DNA of 64,000 nucleotides from Saprolegnia diclina VS20. Taxonomy: Eukaryota. The stretch spans positions 900,137 through 964,136 of the forward strand of contig NW_008246077.1 in NCBI RefSeq assembly GCF_000281045.1, read 5' to 3'. The notes beneath the pieces are model-generated. The model had not been told where the DNA came from and did no database searches. It was given only the letters and a program-made list of their open reading frames with translations. A program made the translations under genes and the position numbers. Positions within the stretch are counted from its first letter, which is position 1; the number at the start of each line of letters is the position of its first letter. Of the stretch, positions 12,701 to 23,079 are shown piece by piece.

Positions 12701-12976
12701 GCGTGCGGCAAGGCCCAATGTCAATCGATCTTGGACGCGCCGAGCGACGACCAAGACCTCTTCCGCTGCGTCGTGACCGAGCCGGCCATGCTTTCGGAGA
12801 GCGCCAAGCTGCTGGAAGAGAGCCAGGACATTGTAACCGGCGGCCCGACCGTGCTCGCGCTCTCGTGCATGCTTCTCGGGATGGGTCTCGTGCTCGTCGT
12901 GGTCGTGGGGCGCCGCCCGTCGCCGTCGGTCGATGCGGAGGCGGCCGACATCTACTACCCGCTCCTCGATCACTAA
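9797..12976 (+). CDS. Large secreted Cys-rich type I membrane protein (~1059 aa), intronless, function unknown
   Basis: Signal peptide MIAPSALIAFATAASA, many Cys including EGF-like CHCKCPTGYE, C-terminal TM (VLALSCMLLGMGLVLVVVV) and a short tail ending YYPLLDH. Confidence 0.85.
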   Translation: MIAPSALIAFATAASAYVQFDNQFALHLEARSAADSPWSAAYLTASSDLVTMDVDGVGGLSLLDANADVSPSWPSCNQSPLASTTPCSINVLFAISQCLDKSTALVFKQWMDKLVASEDKFLTGGKPCDITFSTVVLSDCASTPVTGKDAKIYLPRDGASAFLSNNAALTNVLATKDLIELFTPFGDVYCSLNATSHLAPNAVVSLFGDAMSHKVITAYEQDRRIHTVFNYHVCSGKDASACAACHTAFADDSVLLLTDADLFSHSPFKAVQSFHCASALPNGLPVISLSKDDERRCHCKCPTGYEDVVRSGQRTCTPKPKEVCACYWSNRRYHYDITTAATTATASTCAISSLYPGTIPRIPYPRSNYVAETHRNAGDKDDGKSVEAGAPSIQVTVAKRTAMAPTPSTVFTAPYAWAYFEQHRDAITNSLVLDTPGVYSITMTAKSYRSDADCQVCLSVVDRFRPVSTARCPVPLCDSGKCVGEPVAAYSAANVAAVDSVLKQHAAYSASQNVLNDGCSEARCDENRFYRKDMFASEFVEANVNLGNTCFKDKLPAVVTTQLQASPFGEKSCRLQDASPVVQGQCTRCCKWTTQLKELYREYTCGNTSTPIAQCAGSDAGCKTTQCLAATGETFFAANAVVQAAYKKATTDLITRLYPKRGYESTSEVHLLLECTAYGVTNEGKCAHVVAIDDLFAVTSHLSDANGLLASTEMATKYVYWRYRVNGGAWRGYKDASDASPLRFDVQKSTVVLEAWSQCGLVQKVQFDVYLHLNRKVCVADAFESMWYQSSSTFDGTGALCNVLESDFAELTFDYAPSMGLRCSNESIALPYVSSGVLCTVQYATRSSALLVSSDAYNASILKRFAFQMLTEPTTKADTTFTIACNFAYEGFQTPNISVAVSKTFTVKNCDVPGWDCPFGACSDTCVAGNKGAYATKKPAPFQVCRGTAVSATASATVVASLNQTCCSACGKAQCQSILDAPSDDQDLFRCVVTEPAMLSESAKLLEESQDIVTGGPTVLALSCMLLGMGLVLVVVVGRRPSPSVDAEAADIYYPLLDH

Positions 12977-13037
12977 CCGGCGCGGCACTTGATTTTTGAA
13001 GGATTTAAAAACGATGCATGAATACATTTTTGATGAT

Positions 13038-14314
13038 TTAGTATCGCACTCGGTGCGGATCTACGCGCGGCACAAATAGTGCCGCACGTATTGGTATATC
13101 ATTTCGTATTGCTCCTACGCACCTACGATGAGACGAGGGTATGTCAGGATGACGCGTACCGCGGTCTGCACCATGCCTGGGCGGTCGGTCCGGAGCTGCT
13201 GGACGATCGCGCGCACGTCGAGCGCATGCGTGACGTCGGTGCCACTCAAGACGGCAGCGCGCAGCTGCTTGAGCATCATGTCGATCGCGATGAACGTGCC
13301 GGACCGGCCAATGCCGGCGCTGCCAAGACAAGATGATGACACGCCGGTCGTCACAGCGGCATACGGACCTGCAGTGCACGACAATCGGGCCGGGTGCCTC
13401 TGCGTCGTTGAGCGCATTGACGAGGTGTAGCATGGGCTCGATGACGCCAAAGTCGGTGAGCACGCCGTGGTCTGGCCACGTCGTCAGCTGCACGTGGTGG
13501 ACGACCCGCGAGGCCTTGCCTACGATTCCGTCAAGCGCACTGGATCGCCGAGAAGACAAAGGCCATACTTGGCACGTGCGTGAGTTCGAGGGACCGCGTC
13601 GTGTAGCCGAGCGCCGAGGCCGTCTCGGTGGCGAGTCGCACGGTAAAGTCACCAATCCGCACGACCGACCCTCGCGGATCCCAGTACCAGTCAGCCTTGA
13701 GCTACAGATGCGTGAGATCCAACGCACTAAATGCCATGCGTTCGAGCACCATTTGCCGTTCGACAAAGTTGGTCAGCATCAAGATCACGCGGACGTTTTC
13801 GTGCCAGATCATCGACCAAAAGTCGGCGATCGCCGATGGCGGCGGCGCGCAGCAGGCAATGTACGCCTTGTCGTCGATAAAGTTGGCATTGATGTAGTCG
13901 CCCGCGTCGTCGTTGGGTGGACCCTGCAGCCTCACGCGCGTCTTCTCAAACGGCAGCACGTCCGTGTACCGGTTCTTCGCGCACGTCGCCAGTGTTTGCA
14001 CGGTCAAGGCCGCCTTGTACCATTCGCTGCCATCAACGCTTGCTCGGATCTCGAGGTACTCTTTCTTGAACTCGTGGCGGCCGGCAGCCATGGCGTCGCA
14101 CTAGCACATGCAGACCTCGTGAGCTCAAGGTCCATCGCCATGCTCGTAGTACTCGCTGCAAAAATTCTTGGACCGGCGCCTGGGCCCGCAGCTCGCCCGT
14201 CGCCAGCGCCGCCACGAGAGGCTGCCAGAAGACCTCCATCGAGCTCTTGAGCTCGTCCTCGACGCTCGCGGCCGGCGCGTCGTCGTCGCTGCGCGCTGCC
14301 TTCTTCCACCACAT
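13038..14314 (-). CDS. Classical protein tyrosine phosphatase, multi-exon
   Basis: KNRYTDVLP, DYINAN, DFWSMIW, WPDHGV (WPD loop), VHC|SAGIGRSG P-loop split by an intron, and RPGMVQT Q-loop. A 5' exon MWWKKAA.. splices in frame to ..CDAMAAGRHEF. Confidence 0.9.
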
Positions 14315-14796
14315 CGGCTCCGGCTTCTCTTTTCTTTCCCAAACGAGGTCTCCGGATGCGATGCCCAATCGCATCCGGATACTCGCCCACGCCAGAGCAC
14401 CGACACAGACGACTGCTCGAAAGAGCCTCCTCAAGCCTGCGTATAGCACTGCTAGTTGGTAGACCTGCAAGCAAAGCGCAAGTCCTATGACAGCATCAGC
14501 TTGGACCAAACTCAAAAGTAGTGGCCCACAGACTGTCCTCACAACCCGAACAGGCGGAGTCACGACAACGCCCCTTGCCTTGGCCAACACCGTCTGTAGT
14601 GTCTGCAGTAGGAGTGGGCACCGCGAGGACCGTTTGCTGGTAGCCGACGCACGCTGGAAGACGCATTTGGGCCGGCTGCTGCGTGGTGCAGCCACCACAG
14701 AGTGCCAACCTGGCACCGGACACTGCCACGTATTTTCGCAACGAATACCGGATACGTTCCGGATGGACCCCATTTCGACAATTCGACGGCGCAAGC

Positions 14797-15544
14797 ATGG
14801 AGGACCCTGTGACGCTTGTCGTGATGCTCCTCGTCCTCGCGCTCACGTTCCTCGTCTTCACCAAGTCGCAAGGCGAGCCGACCGCGCCGACGGCGACTGG
14901 CAATGGGCTACTGGGCCGCCAAGCCTCGGCCCCGCCCGCGTCGGCCCGCGCCGGCCACTGCAAGATCGTGGACACCACCAAGCTCTCCGCTGTCGGCAAG
15001 GCCATGCACGCCAACTTGCCGCAGCGCCAAGGTGTACGCTCGATTTGCATCTCGGGCAACGCTCTGGTGACGATGCATGGCACGGACATGACCCTCGCGC
15101 CCGAGGTCGTCGCGAGTCTCGTCGACGTCATCTCGACAGGCGACGTCTTCCTCATCTTTCTCGTTGCCAACGACGCCGCCAAGGCCAAGGTGTTGGCGCT
15201 TCTCAATGCAGTGCCCGAGCTACGCTGGGATGCGGTCGCGCGGACTGGTCTCCCGCCCCACCGGATTCTGTGTTGCACGACCATCGTCGGCAAAATTGCG
15301 CTCATTCGACAGATCGAGCCGCTCTTGCTCGTCGAAGGTAGCCTCCCCCTCATCATCTCTACCGTCGATGACGAATACGATGCCACTAGAGCATCGCGAG
15401 GTCGCGACCAAGCTGCGTCCGTTCTTGACCAAGGTCGTCTACCTGCTGGGCGCGACAGGCGACGTGTTGCCCCCTTTGCCCAACAAGGACAACGTCGAGT
15501 ACTATGGCAACTGGCCGGCGTTCACGAGCACCTTTACTGCTTAG
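14797..15544 (+). CDS. PEX22: Peroxin PEX22-like (N-terminal membrane anchor), one intron
   Basis: N-terminal TM; C-terminal GLPPHRILCCTTIVGKIALIRQIEP..KLRPFL resembles plant PEX22 (..KVLFCST..GR.SFVRQLEP..QLARFI). Confidence 0.65.
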
Positions 15545-15564
15545 TATACGCTCAAGAACCGACG

Positions 15565-17389
15565 TTAGTCGGTACATGGCTTTTTGATGGCGTAAATTCC
15601 ATCCAGTCGCGCGAGCTGCCGCAGCGTGTCGAGGACCACCTCGAGAATGCGACGGGAGCGCGACGCTGCATGGAGCACGTTAGCGGCGCCTGGGTCGCCC
15701 ACTCGCACGTGGTGGGACGCAAGGACACTAGGAGGATGCAAGCTCGCATGCCGGCGTTCCTATAGATTCCTTACCTCTCCGTGCCAGGAAGTGGTAGCGC
15801 ACGGGTCTCGTAGACCCACCCAAGGAACGCATCATCCCGAGTCGTCAAGGGCTCAAGGCCACGACGCAGCGTCGCCTTGGTCTGTACGCCAGCCAGGTTC
15901 TCGTGGAGCTGACTCCACGCTCCAAGGAGTGCATGCGTCAGCACCGACGCGCCAAGATCGCGCGGCCGAGAAGTGCGCAAGGCCATGGCCACCGCGCGTT
16001 CGGGTGCGAGGCCACCCGGAAGGCTCGCGCCGTCCCGCAGCCACGCGCACAAGACGCGCAGCGCCTTCTTCACGGCGTAGTAGTACTGCGTCGTGAGGCC
16101 TTTTGTGGATCCGTGCAGCCGCAGTTGGGGCACAGATCGCGTTGTCGCCGCTCGAGTCAAGTGGCGAAAGACGGTGTAGAGAACGCCGCCGATGCGAAGC
16201 GTCTCGAGCGCCCCGGTGTGTGTTCCAATGTGCGCGGGAGTCACATGGTCGTACATACTTGTGACGTACATGAGGCCAACACGCTTGGCGAGGGCAAGGA
16301 CGTCGTCCGTCTCGAGGTAGGCAAAGACGTCGACGCCGTAGCGCCGACAGAGGTCGCGCACCTACACAAGGAGACTATGCGGATCATGAAATGGTACGAG
16401 CAGCATCGTACCTGCGGCGACACCTCGCCCGTGCACAGGAGCAGGTTCACGCTTGCGTCCTGGGCGAGCGAGGCCACGTACTTTTCGAGCGCCCACATGG
16501 CACTGGCGCGGGATGTTGCGAGCGCCGTGGCCGCCTGGACATGGACCGTGACCAGTGTTGCGTCATTGTGGCCGCTTAGACTGCCGTCAAAGAGCACGAA
16601 TCGCTGGGCTATCGACTTGGTATCGTTTGCGCGGACGTACGAAGTGTGGCGGAGGTAAAACTCGTGCTTGGCGCCGATGCGACTCTCGTCCAAGGCGCCC
16701 GTTGGGAGTTGCAGCAGCAACGTCTTGGCCTCGGCGAGAACGTCACTAGCGATGCTGGCCAGCGCCACCGACGTCGTTGGCAGCGCCAAGTCTGTGTCGT
16801 CGAGCACAGTTCGGAAGACCCAATCGACGGTCATGTCGGCGAGGTATGCGACCGCCGGGGCTGAGAACGCGCCGGCCAAGCTCGTCCGCACAATAGCTTG
16901 CGCTGCGTCTCGTAGCTAGGTCCTTTCTGTGTCCATTGTAGTGTTAGACATGCAATCCGGTACCTCGGTGCTTGGTTGACGCGAGTGCGGATCAAAGGCC
17001 ACGGGGATGGGCGTGGCGTACGGCATGCAGGTGGTTGCATACAGCGCCGGGAGCGCGTTCGCGAGGTCGGCAAAGGCCGTTGCCCAGGCATGCTTGGAAG
17101 ATGCGTGTCGGTGCATCTCGTCGCAGGACAAATCCAGCATGAGGATGAACTGCGTGACGCCGTCGCCGAGCTCGACGTACAAGGACCGCATCGTCTGCAA
17201 GAGGAGCTGCGAGATAGGGTTGGCCTTTCCCGTTGCCGACGCCGCGCAGTGGAAGATGGTGTAGCCGGACGACGTCATGATCGGCGCCGCAGGTGGACAC
17301 ATGACGAGCACCTCGCGCCCACGCGGGCCAAACGTGCCATGGACGAGCATGGCCATCTCGTGGACCACGGCCCGCACGTCGGGCAGCAT
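15565..17389 (-). CDS. Divergent group II chaperonin-like protein, BBS10-like, multi-exon
   Basis: GTFGPRGREVL, TSSGYTIF, NPISQLL..GDGVTQFIL (degenerate GDGTT), and C-terminal LDTLRQLARLDGI. Confidence 0.65.
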
Positions 17390-17489
17390 GCTGTGAGTGA
17401 TGGTCGAAAGATACGTTGGCGGTTCGAAAGGGCAGCGACGTCGATCGAAGGTCATATTCACGGTCCAGCGCTTCGAGCCTCATTTTGCG

Positions 17490-18326
17490 ATGGACGCTGA
17501 CGCACTGCATGCGCTCGTGCGCAGCTTCCTCGAAGCGAGCCATCGGCGCAGCAACCAAGGCGACGACGACGTCGACGATGCGATCGTGGTCTATATCGCG
17601 CAAGTTGTCGCCGATCACGACGTCGAAGCACAGCAAGCGGCCGAGTGCATTTGTGCGCTGTGCCCATGCGCCGACTCGGACGATACGCTTGCATTGGTCC
17701 TCGACGGCCGTGCCATCACGCGCGCCTTGGCCAGCGAGAGCAACCAGCCCGCCCATCATGTGACGATCGCGCCACGTACTGCGAAAGAAGCCACTGCGGA
17801 AAACAACGAGCTCGAGACGCTACAGTGGCTCAAAGAGCTCGCGCCGCAGCTGTCGCTTCGTTCGATCGAGACCATCTACCTCCAAGAGTGTCGTGGCGAC
17901 GCGGGGCGCACGGCCGAGTATCTCGTGACGCACTACGGGGCCGACGAGACTAAGTACCTATCGCTCTCGACCTTGCAGGTGCACGCAGCCGCGCGTCCTC
18001 GTCCTTACGTTGGTGCGTAGGCCACCGATCTCCGCGACAAGATCCTCACCAAGTACAGCGACGAAGAGATCAAGGCGCCCGTGGACCCCAAGGCCAAGCC
18101 AACCAAGGTCAAGGTCAAGGCCAAGCCGCCGCCAAAGGAGGGCCTCGTACGCATTATTCCACCTAAAGGCTTGCTAAGATGTTGTCAGGTGCGGTACCTT
18201 GAAAGCAAGGTCGTGACAACCAAGGGACAAAAGTTCGTCGAAGAGAAGAAGCCGACGTACGACGGCGGATCGCGCGGCCGCGTCAAGACCAAGGGCAAGC
18301 GTGGAAAAGGCTTTGCTGATGGCTAA
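17490..18326 (+). CDS. CUEDC2: CUE domain-containing protein 2-like, two introns
   Basis: VDDAIVVYIAQV, CUE-like WLKELAPQLS..CRGDAGRTAEYL, LRDKILTKY, and C-terminal VRYLESKVVTTKGQKF. Confidence 0.65.
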
Positions 18327-18410
18327 GCATGACAACGCACGAGGCGACTCCAGAGCGTCTCGAGATACTGCATGGGGTATGATCCGATAATATTTCAAAT
18401 AAAAAGGAGC

Positions 18411-18986
18411 TTAGATGGCCTTGCCTTCGTCGCCGCCCTTGACTTTGGAGCGGACCTTCTCCGCACCGGCCTTGGCCTTCTCGAGGCCAAACTCGGCACC
18501 GTGCTTGGCCTTCTCGAGGCCAAATTCCGCACCGTGCTTGGCCTTCTCGAGGCCGATCGCGGCGCCGGCCTTGGCCTTCTCCAAAGCACCCGACGCGACA
18601 GACGAGCTCGTCTTGAACACATCAGTTTCCTTGATCTTGCCCACAGTCTCGGACGCCTTGCTCGACACCGTGTTGACGCCCGACGCGATCGCGCCGCCGG
18701 CCTTGGTCTGCTTGGCCTGTTCGATGGCGGCCGAGGACTTGGCCTTCATCGACTCAAAAGCCGAGCCAAACATCTTGCCCGCCGTCGACGCGCCGTTCTT
18801 GAGCTTGTCGACCGGGAGCACGTAGCCCATAGACGACGTCCGGTTCTTCTTCTCGTCGTCGTTCTCGTCGGCGACGGCCTCGCCGTTGGCAGCGGCCACG
18901 GGCGCATGCGGCTTCTCTTCCTCGTCAAAGAGCACCGAGTCCATCTCCTTGGCAGCCTTCTTGGGCGACGACGGCTGGTTCATCAT
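18411..18986 (-). CDS. Hydrophilic LEA-like protein with 11-mer repeats
   Basis: K/E/A/G-rich with no Cys or Trp; repeats (G/A)LEKAK(H/A)GA(E/A)(F/I); strong coding codon bias. Confidence 0.75.
   Translation of the reverse strand: MMNQPSSPKKAAKEMDSVLFDEEEKPHAPVAAANGEAVADENDDEKKNRTSSMGYVLPVDKLKNGASTAGKMFGSAFESMKAKSSAAIEQAKQTKAGGAIASGVNTVSSKASETVGKIKETDVFKTSSSVASGALEKAKAGAAIGLEKAKHGAEFGLEKAKHGAEFGLEKAKAGAEKVRSKVKGGDEGKAI
18471..18582. repeat. 33-bp coding tandem repeat (~3.4 copies)
   Basis: CTTGGCCTTCTC recurs at 18471, 18504, 18537 and 18570. Confidence 0.85.
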
Positions 18987-19247
18987 GCTACGCGGTGCGA
19001 AGGACGTTGGAAAATGAAGAGATGTCGTTGACTACGTCGCAGCTGCAGTCAATGAAACCTCTCTCTTTTAATATCCTCGGCGCCGCCGGCTGGCTACCAC
19101 GCCCGCGACCTCTCCCGCACCGCGCCAAACCTCTAGATTTTTATATATACCCACACTCGATGCATCGAAACGCAGAGGGTGTATCCGGATGAGTGGCAAG
19201 CGCGGGATGAAGGAATTGCCCCAGCCGGTTGACTTGACACCAAGCGG

Positions 19248-20387
19248 ATGATGGGCGTGTCGACGTGGCTGCGCTCGCCGACGGTCCTCGCCGCGATAAG
19301 CGTCGGGGCCATCGGCGCAGGCCTCTACTACCTCGCCAACGACGAGGCCGACATTGCTGCCCGCATGCGCACGCCCCTGACGCCCAGCGAGGTCGAGCTT
19401 CGGGCGCTCGCCACGCACGCCCGCGAGCACGTGGCCATGCGCGACGCCTCCGTACGCTGCCTCCTCCATGGTGCTGCTTGGCGATTCATGAAGATGTGAA
19501 AGTAGCTCTTTGTGCAGTCGTGGGTGCCATCTGATTGCAAGGCCATCGTGCTCCTCGTGCACGGCATGAACGAGCACTCGGGGTACCTGGAACGGCTCAC
19601 GGATGCCTTGCTGCGCGCATCGTACGGCGTGTACGCCTTTGACCACGAGGGCTTTGGCCGGAGCTCGGGCACGCACGCACTCGTGACCGACTATGCAGCG
19701 CTCGTCCGCGATGTCCAAGCGCATATTGCATTGGCCCGCGCCGCGTGGCCGGAGAAGAAGATCTTTCTCGCCGGCTGGTACGTCGTTCTTGTTATCGCTC
19801 CCGGTCCGACACTCACGACGTGTAGCTCGTTTGGCGCTGCCCTCATTGTGCACACGCTGCTCGACTCGGCAGATGGAATCGACGGGGTCATTCTCCAAGC
19901 CCCCGCGCTGCAACTGGCTGCGAACCGCCGCCCGCCGCCTCTCGTCGAAGCCCTCGTCAGTGTCCTCGCCACCGTTGCTCCGCGCCTCCCGATTGTTCCA
20001 TCCAACGGCGGCAAAGGCTCGAGCCCGCTCGTGCGCGACGCCGTCGTGGCCAAGAAACGCGCCGATCCGCTCTACTACTCGGGCAAAGTCCGACTTGGCA
20101 CAGCCTACTCGGTGCTGCAGACCATGGACGGTCTCCAGACGCCCGCCGCAACCGCAGCCTTTGCATCGCTAACTGTTCCTCTGCTCTTGCAGCACGGTAC
20201 CGCCGACGTCGTCTGCGCCCTCGACGGCTCCGAGACGTGGTTCCATTCGCTCTTGCGCTGCGATGACAAGCAGCTCATCACGTACCCCGACGCGTGCCAC
20301 GACCTCTTGCACGAGCCGGCGCCCATCGCCAACGCGGTCGTGACAGACCTTGTCGCTTGGCTCGACGCCCGCACATTGGGAGCATAA
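19248..20387 (+). CDS. Alpha/beta hydrolase, monoglyceride lipase/Hydrolase_4 family, N-terminal TM, two introns
   Basis: VHGMNEHS, DHEGFGRSSG, spliced nucleophile GCSFG, HGTADVVC (Asp), and YPDACHDLLHE (His). Confidence 0.9.
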
Positions 20388-20446
20388 TGCATAACAAATG
20401 CTATGCTCGATACCATGCACTTTAACGGTTGACCGACAAGAAGAGC

Positions 20447-22457
20447 TCAGACGTTGACGCGGCTGGAGAGGACGGCGACGCGGTTTTGCAGCTCCGAGAC
20501 GACCGTCGACAGCGCGTCCATCGAGACAAAGACCACGAGCGTTTTGGACGCATACGCACAGCCGCACATGGTCATAGCATGGCCGAGACACGCGAGCTTG
20601 GAGTCCGAGCACGGGCAGATGACGCCGGAGAAGAAGACGCTGTGCTTGCACACGCAGCAGCGGCGACACGCTTCGTCATAGTCCAGCACGGCTTCGGTGA
20701 GCGCCAAGCGGCCGACGTCGACGCCGGCCGTGTGCACCAACCCTACGGTGAAGCGGGTGACGACAGGAGGGTCCATGTATCGTCCACCTTTTCGGCGCAG
20801 CGTCTGTCGCGCCGTGCGTTCGTCGTCTTGGAGTTTGAGCAACGCATCGAGCAGCCTACACCCGTGGCACGGTTTGGAGATAATTGATAGATTGATACTT
20901 TTCGCCGTCTTCGGGCAGCATATCGTCGAGCGAATGGCGAAGGCCGAGCCAGTAGTGGAAGCGGTCGTTGGGGATGACCATGCTGCGCCGGCGCTTGCGA
21001 TACCACTTGACGCTGTTCCGCGCGTCCGGGAACCAGTCGGCGAGGGCAAAGTTGACGGCTTCGTTGCAGTTGAACTAACAAAGAGCAGCAGATACGCAAT
21101 ACGAACGGACAGTGGTCGTCGTACGCCTTGGTTGAACCCGCAGTGATACCCGCGCGGAAACGTCACGACCATCTCGCCTGGCATCTGCTCTCTCATGTCA
21201 ATTGTCTAGCCACAGAGGAGAATAGGCCGCAAGGTGCACCTGGAGAAGCTTGTAGACCTTGACGTCGACCTGCTGCAAGAGATGGGGCGAGACGAGCGTC
21301 ACCAGCTAGACGCAGACGGACGTTGTCGCCTCACCGCACGGTGGTTTGAGAGACCTGGTCGAGGACGGTGGGATCGCGGCGGACGGTCTCGGCCACGTTG
21401 GCCTTGAGCGCAGCCTCAAGCTTCCCGGCGTCTGAAGCCGCCACGCCGTACCAGTGCTTTGGGGCGCCGTCGTGCATGTAGTTGATGCTGTAGAGGAAGT
21501 TGTCTTCGACGTGCCATGAAAACGTCGAGAAGAGCATGCCAAAGTAGAGCCACGGGACGTTCAGCCCTTCGATACTCGCGTCGACGTATCGCAAGAGCGA
21601 GCCGGCGGCGAACGGCAGGTTGTTGAGATTCCACGCTGTCGTGGCATAGTACGTCGGGTCGGCAAAATCGACGTCCTCCGACGCTTTGGCTTGAAGAGAC
21701 GCTTTGGCGTGCGTGGGCGGCGTGGGGAACCCGCTGCCAAGATCCTTGATGCTCACATTGTTGGCGTACTCGACCTAGTCGGATGCATGAGACGAGATCG
21801 GACGTGTTGCAGGTCGAGTACCTCGGTCGCCTCGGACGGCGCGAGGACGAGCTTCCAGTACGCGCGCTCAATGTCGCGCGAAGTCGCATTGGCGTCCATG
21901 TCATGCGCTTGGCGCCACTGCGCTTCGAACGCAGCGGCCGCCGCACGGTACGAGCGGAGCGTGTGACGGCGCCCGTTTTCATGCGGGACGCCTTGTTGCA
22001 GCAGATCAATACGCTGGAGCTCGGTCGCCATCGACGCCGTGTCGTCGTCCAAGTCGATCTGGAGTGTCGGCGACCAGCCGTCAGGCGGAATGATCTTGGC
22101 GATTCCCGTTGTCCGGCCTTGCGCTGCAATCGACCGAATGTAGGCCGCCGGCGTCGCAAACTCGGCGAGTGTCGGGCGGAAGACGAGACACTCGGGTAGC
22201 TCCGGCGCATCCATGCGCACCGATACGTCGTAGAGGCTGCGCTTCGTGGCGGCTTGGACGTCGCGCTCCTCGCTGCCGTCGCAATACGCGTCCGCGAGTG
22301 TCGCCCGAGGCCGGTGCTGCCGCGGCGGATGACTTGGCGTCGTCCGCTTCGGAGGCTCCTCGTTGGAAAACCACATTTCAACCGAGCTGTCCGAGTCGGT
22401 AGGCTCCTTGACGGCGTCGGCCCGCGGCCGCTTGCCCTTCTTGCCTCCGCGGGTCAT
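20447..22457 (-). CDS. KDM5/JARID1-type JmjN-JmjC-C5HC2 histone demethylase, multi-exon
   Basis: JmjN VFRPTLAEF..GIAKIIPPDGW; JmjC WNLNNLP..VPWLYFGMLFSTFSWHVED..PRGYHCGFNQG; C5HC2 finger CCVCK..CPC..ACLGHAMTMCGC. Confidence 0.9.
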
Positions 22458-23079
22458 CTCGCGTGCTGGCAAATCCGAAATGCGCTGATTTTTCACCAAC
22501 AGATACCGTGCATGCATACAAAAACCAAGCTTATTCCGAGCGTAGGCCCAACTCACGCACCCAACGGTCTCGGACGGCAACGCTTCTCCAGCTCATGCAG
22601 ACTCTGGGCTGGACCACATGGATACGGCGGCGCAATGGTCCCGATCTCGTTGGTCTCTACGGCCGACTTGCTGCCTGCGAGCCTAGGAGCGTCGGGTACG
22701 TCGAGTGCAAGCAAGGTCATACATTTATGGCCTGGGTGTTGACCCTTGTAGCGGTCGTATCGATCATGCCACGTGCTCTATCGCCGGTCCCGACGCCTTA
22801 CTTTATGGCCAGCGCTGCCGGACGACCTGCGCTGTTGACGCCAGCTTCGGCGTAGGTGTTGTAGGGCTTCTCCTTCACCGTCCGATTCCGCAACCTCGTG
22901 CTTGGCCTCAACCATTGCAGATGCATGCAACACTCGCAGGCAGAGCGGTAAGCACGCATCAATAGCGTGATTTCGCGCATTGCGCCCGCCCACGCCGACG
23001 CGAGCTTGACTGGAGAGAGACGGTCGACGTTGGGGGACATCGAAAGAGGAATCTAATTACTTAATACGCAGCGAGGGCT

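Noticed and set aside
18471..18582. CRISPR-like regularly spaced repeats
   Set aside because: An in-frame coding tandem repeat with no unique spacers and no cas genes, in eukaryotic DNA.
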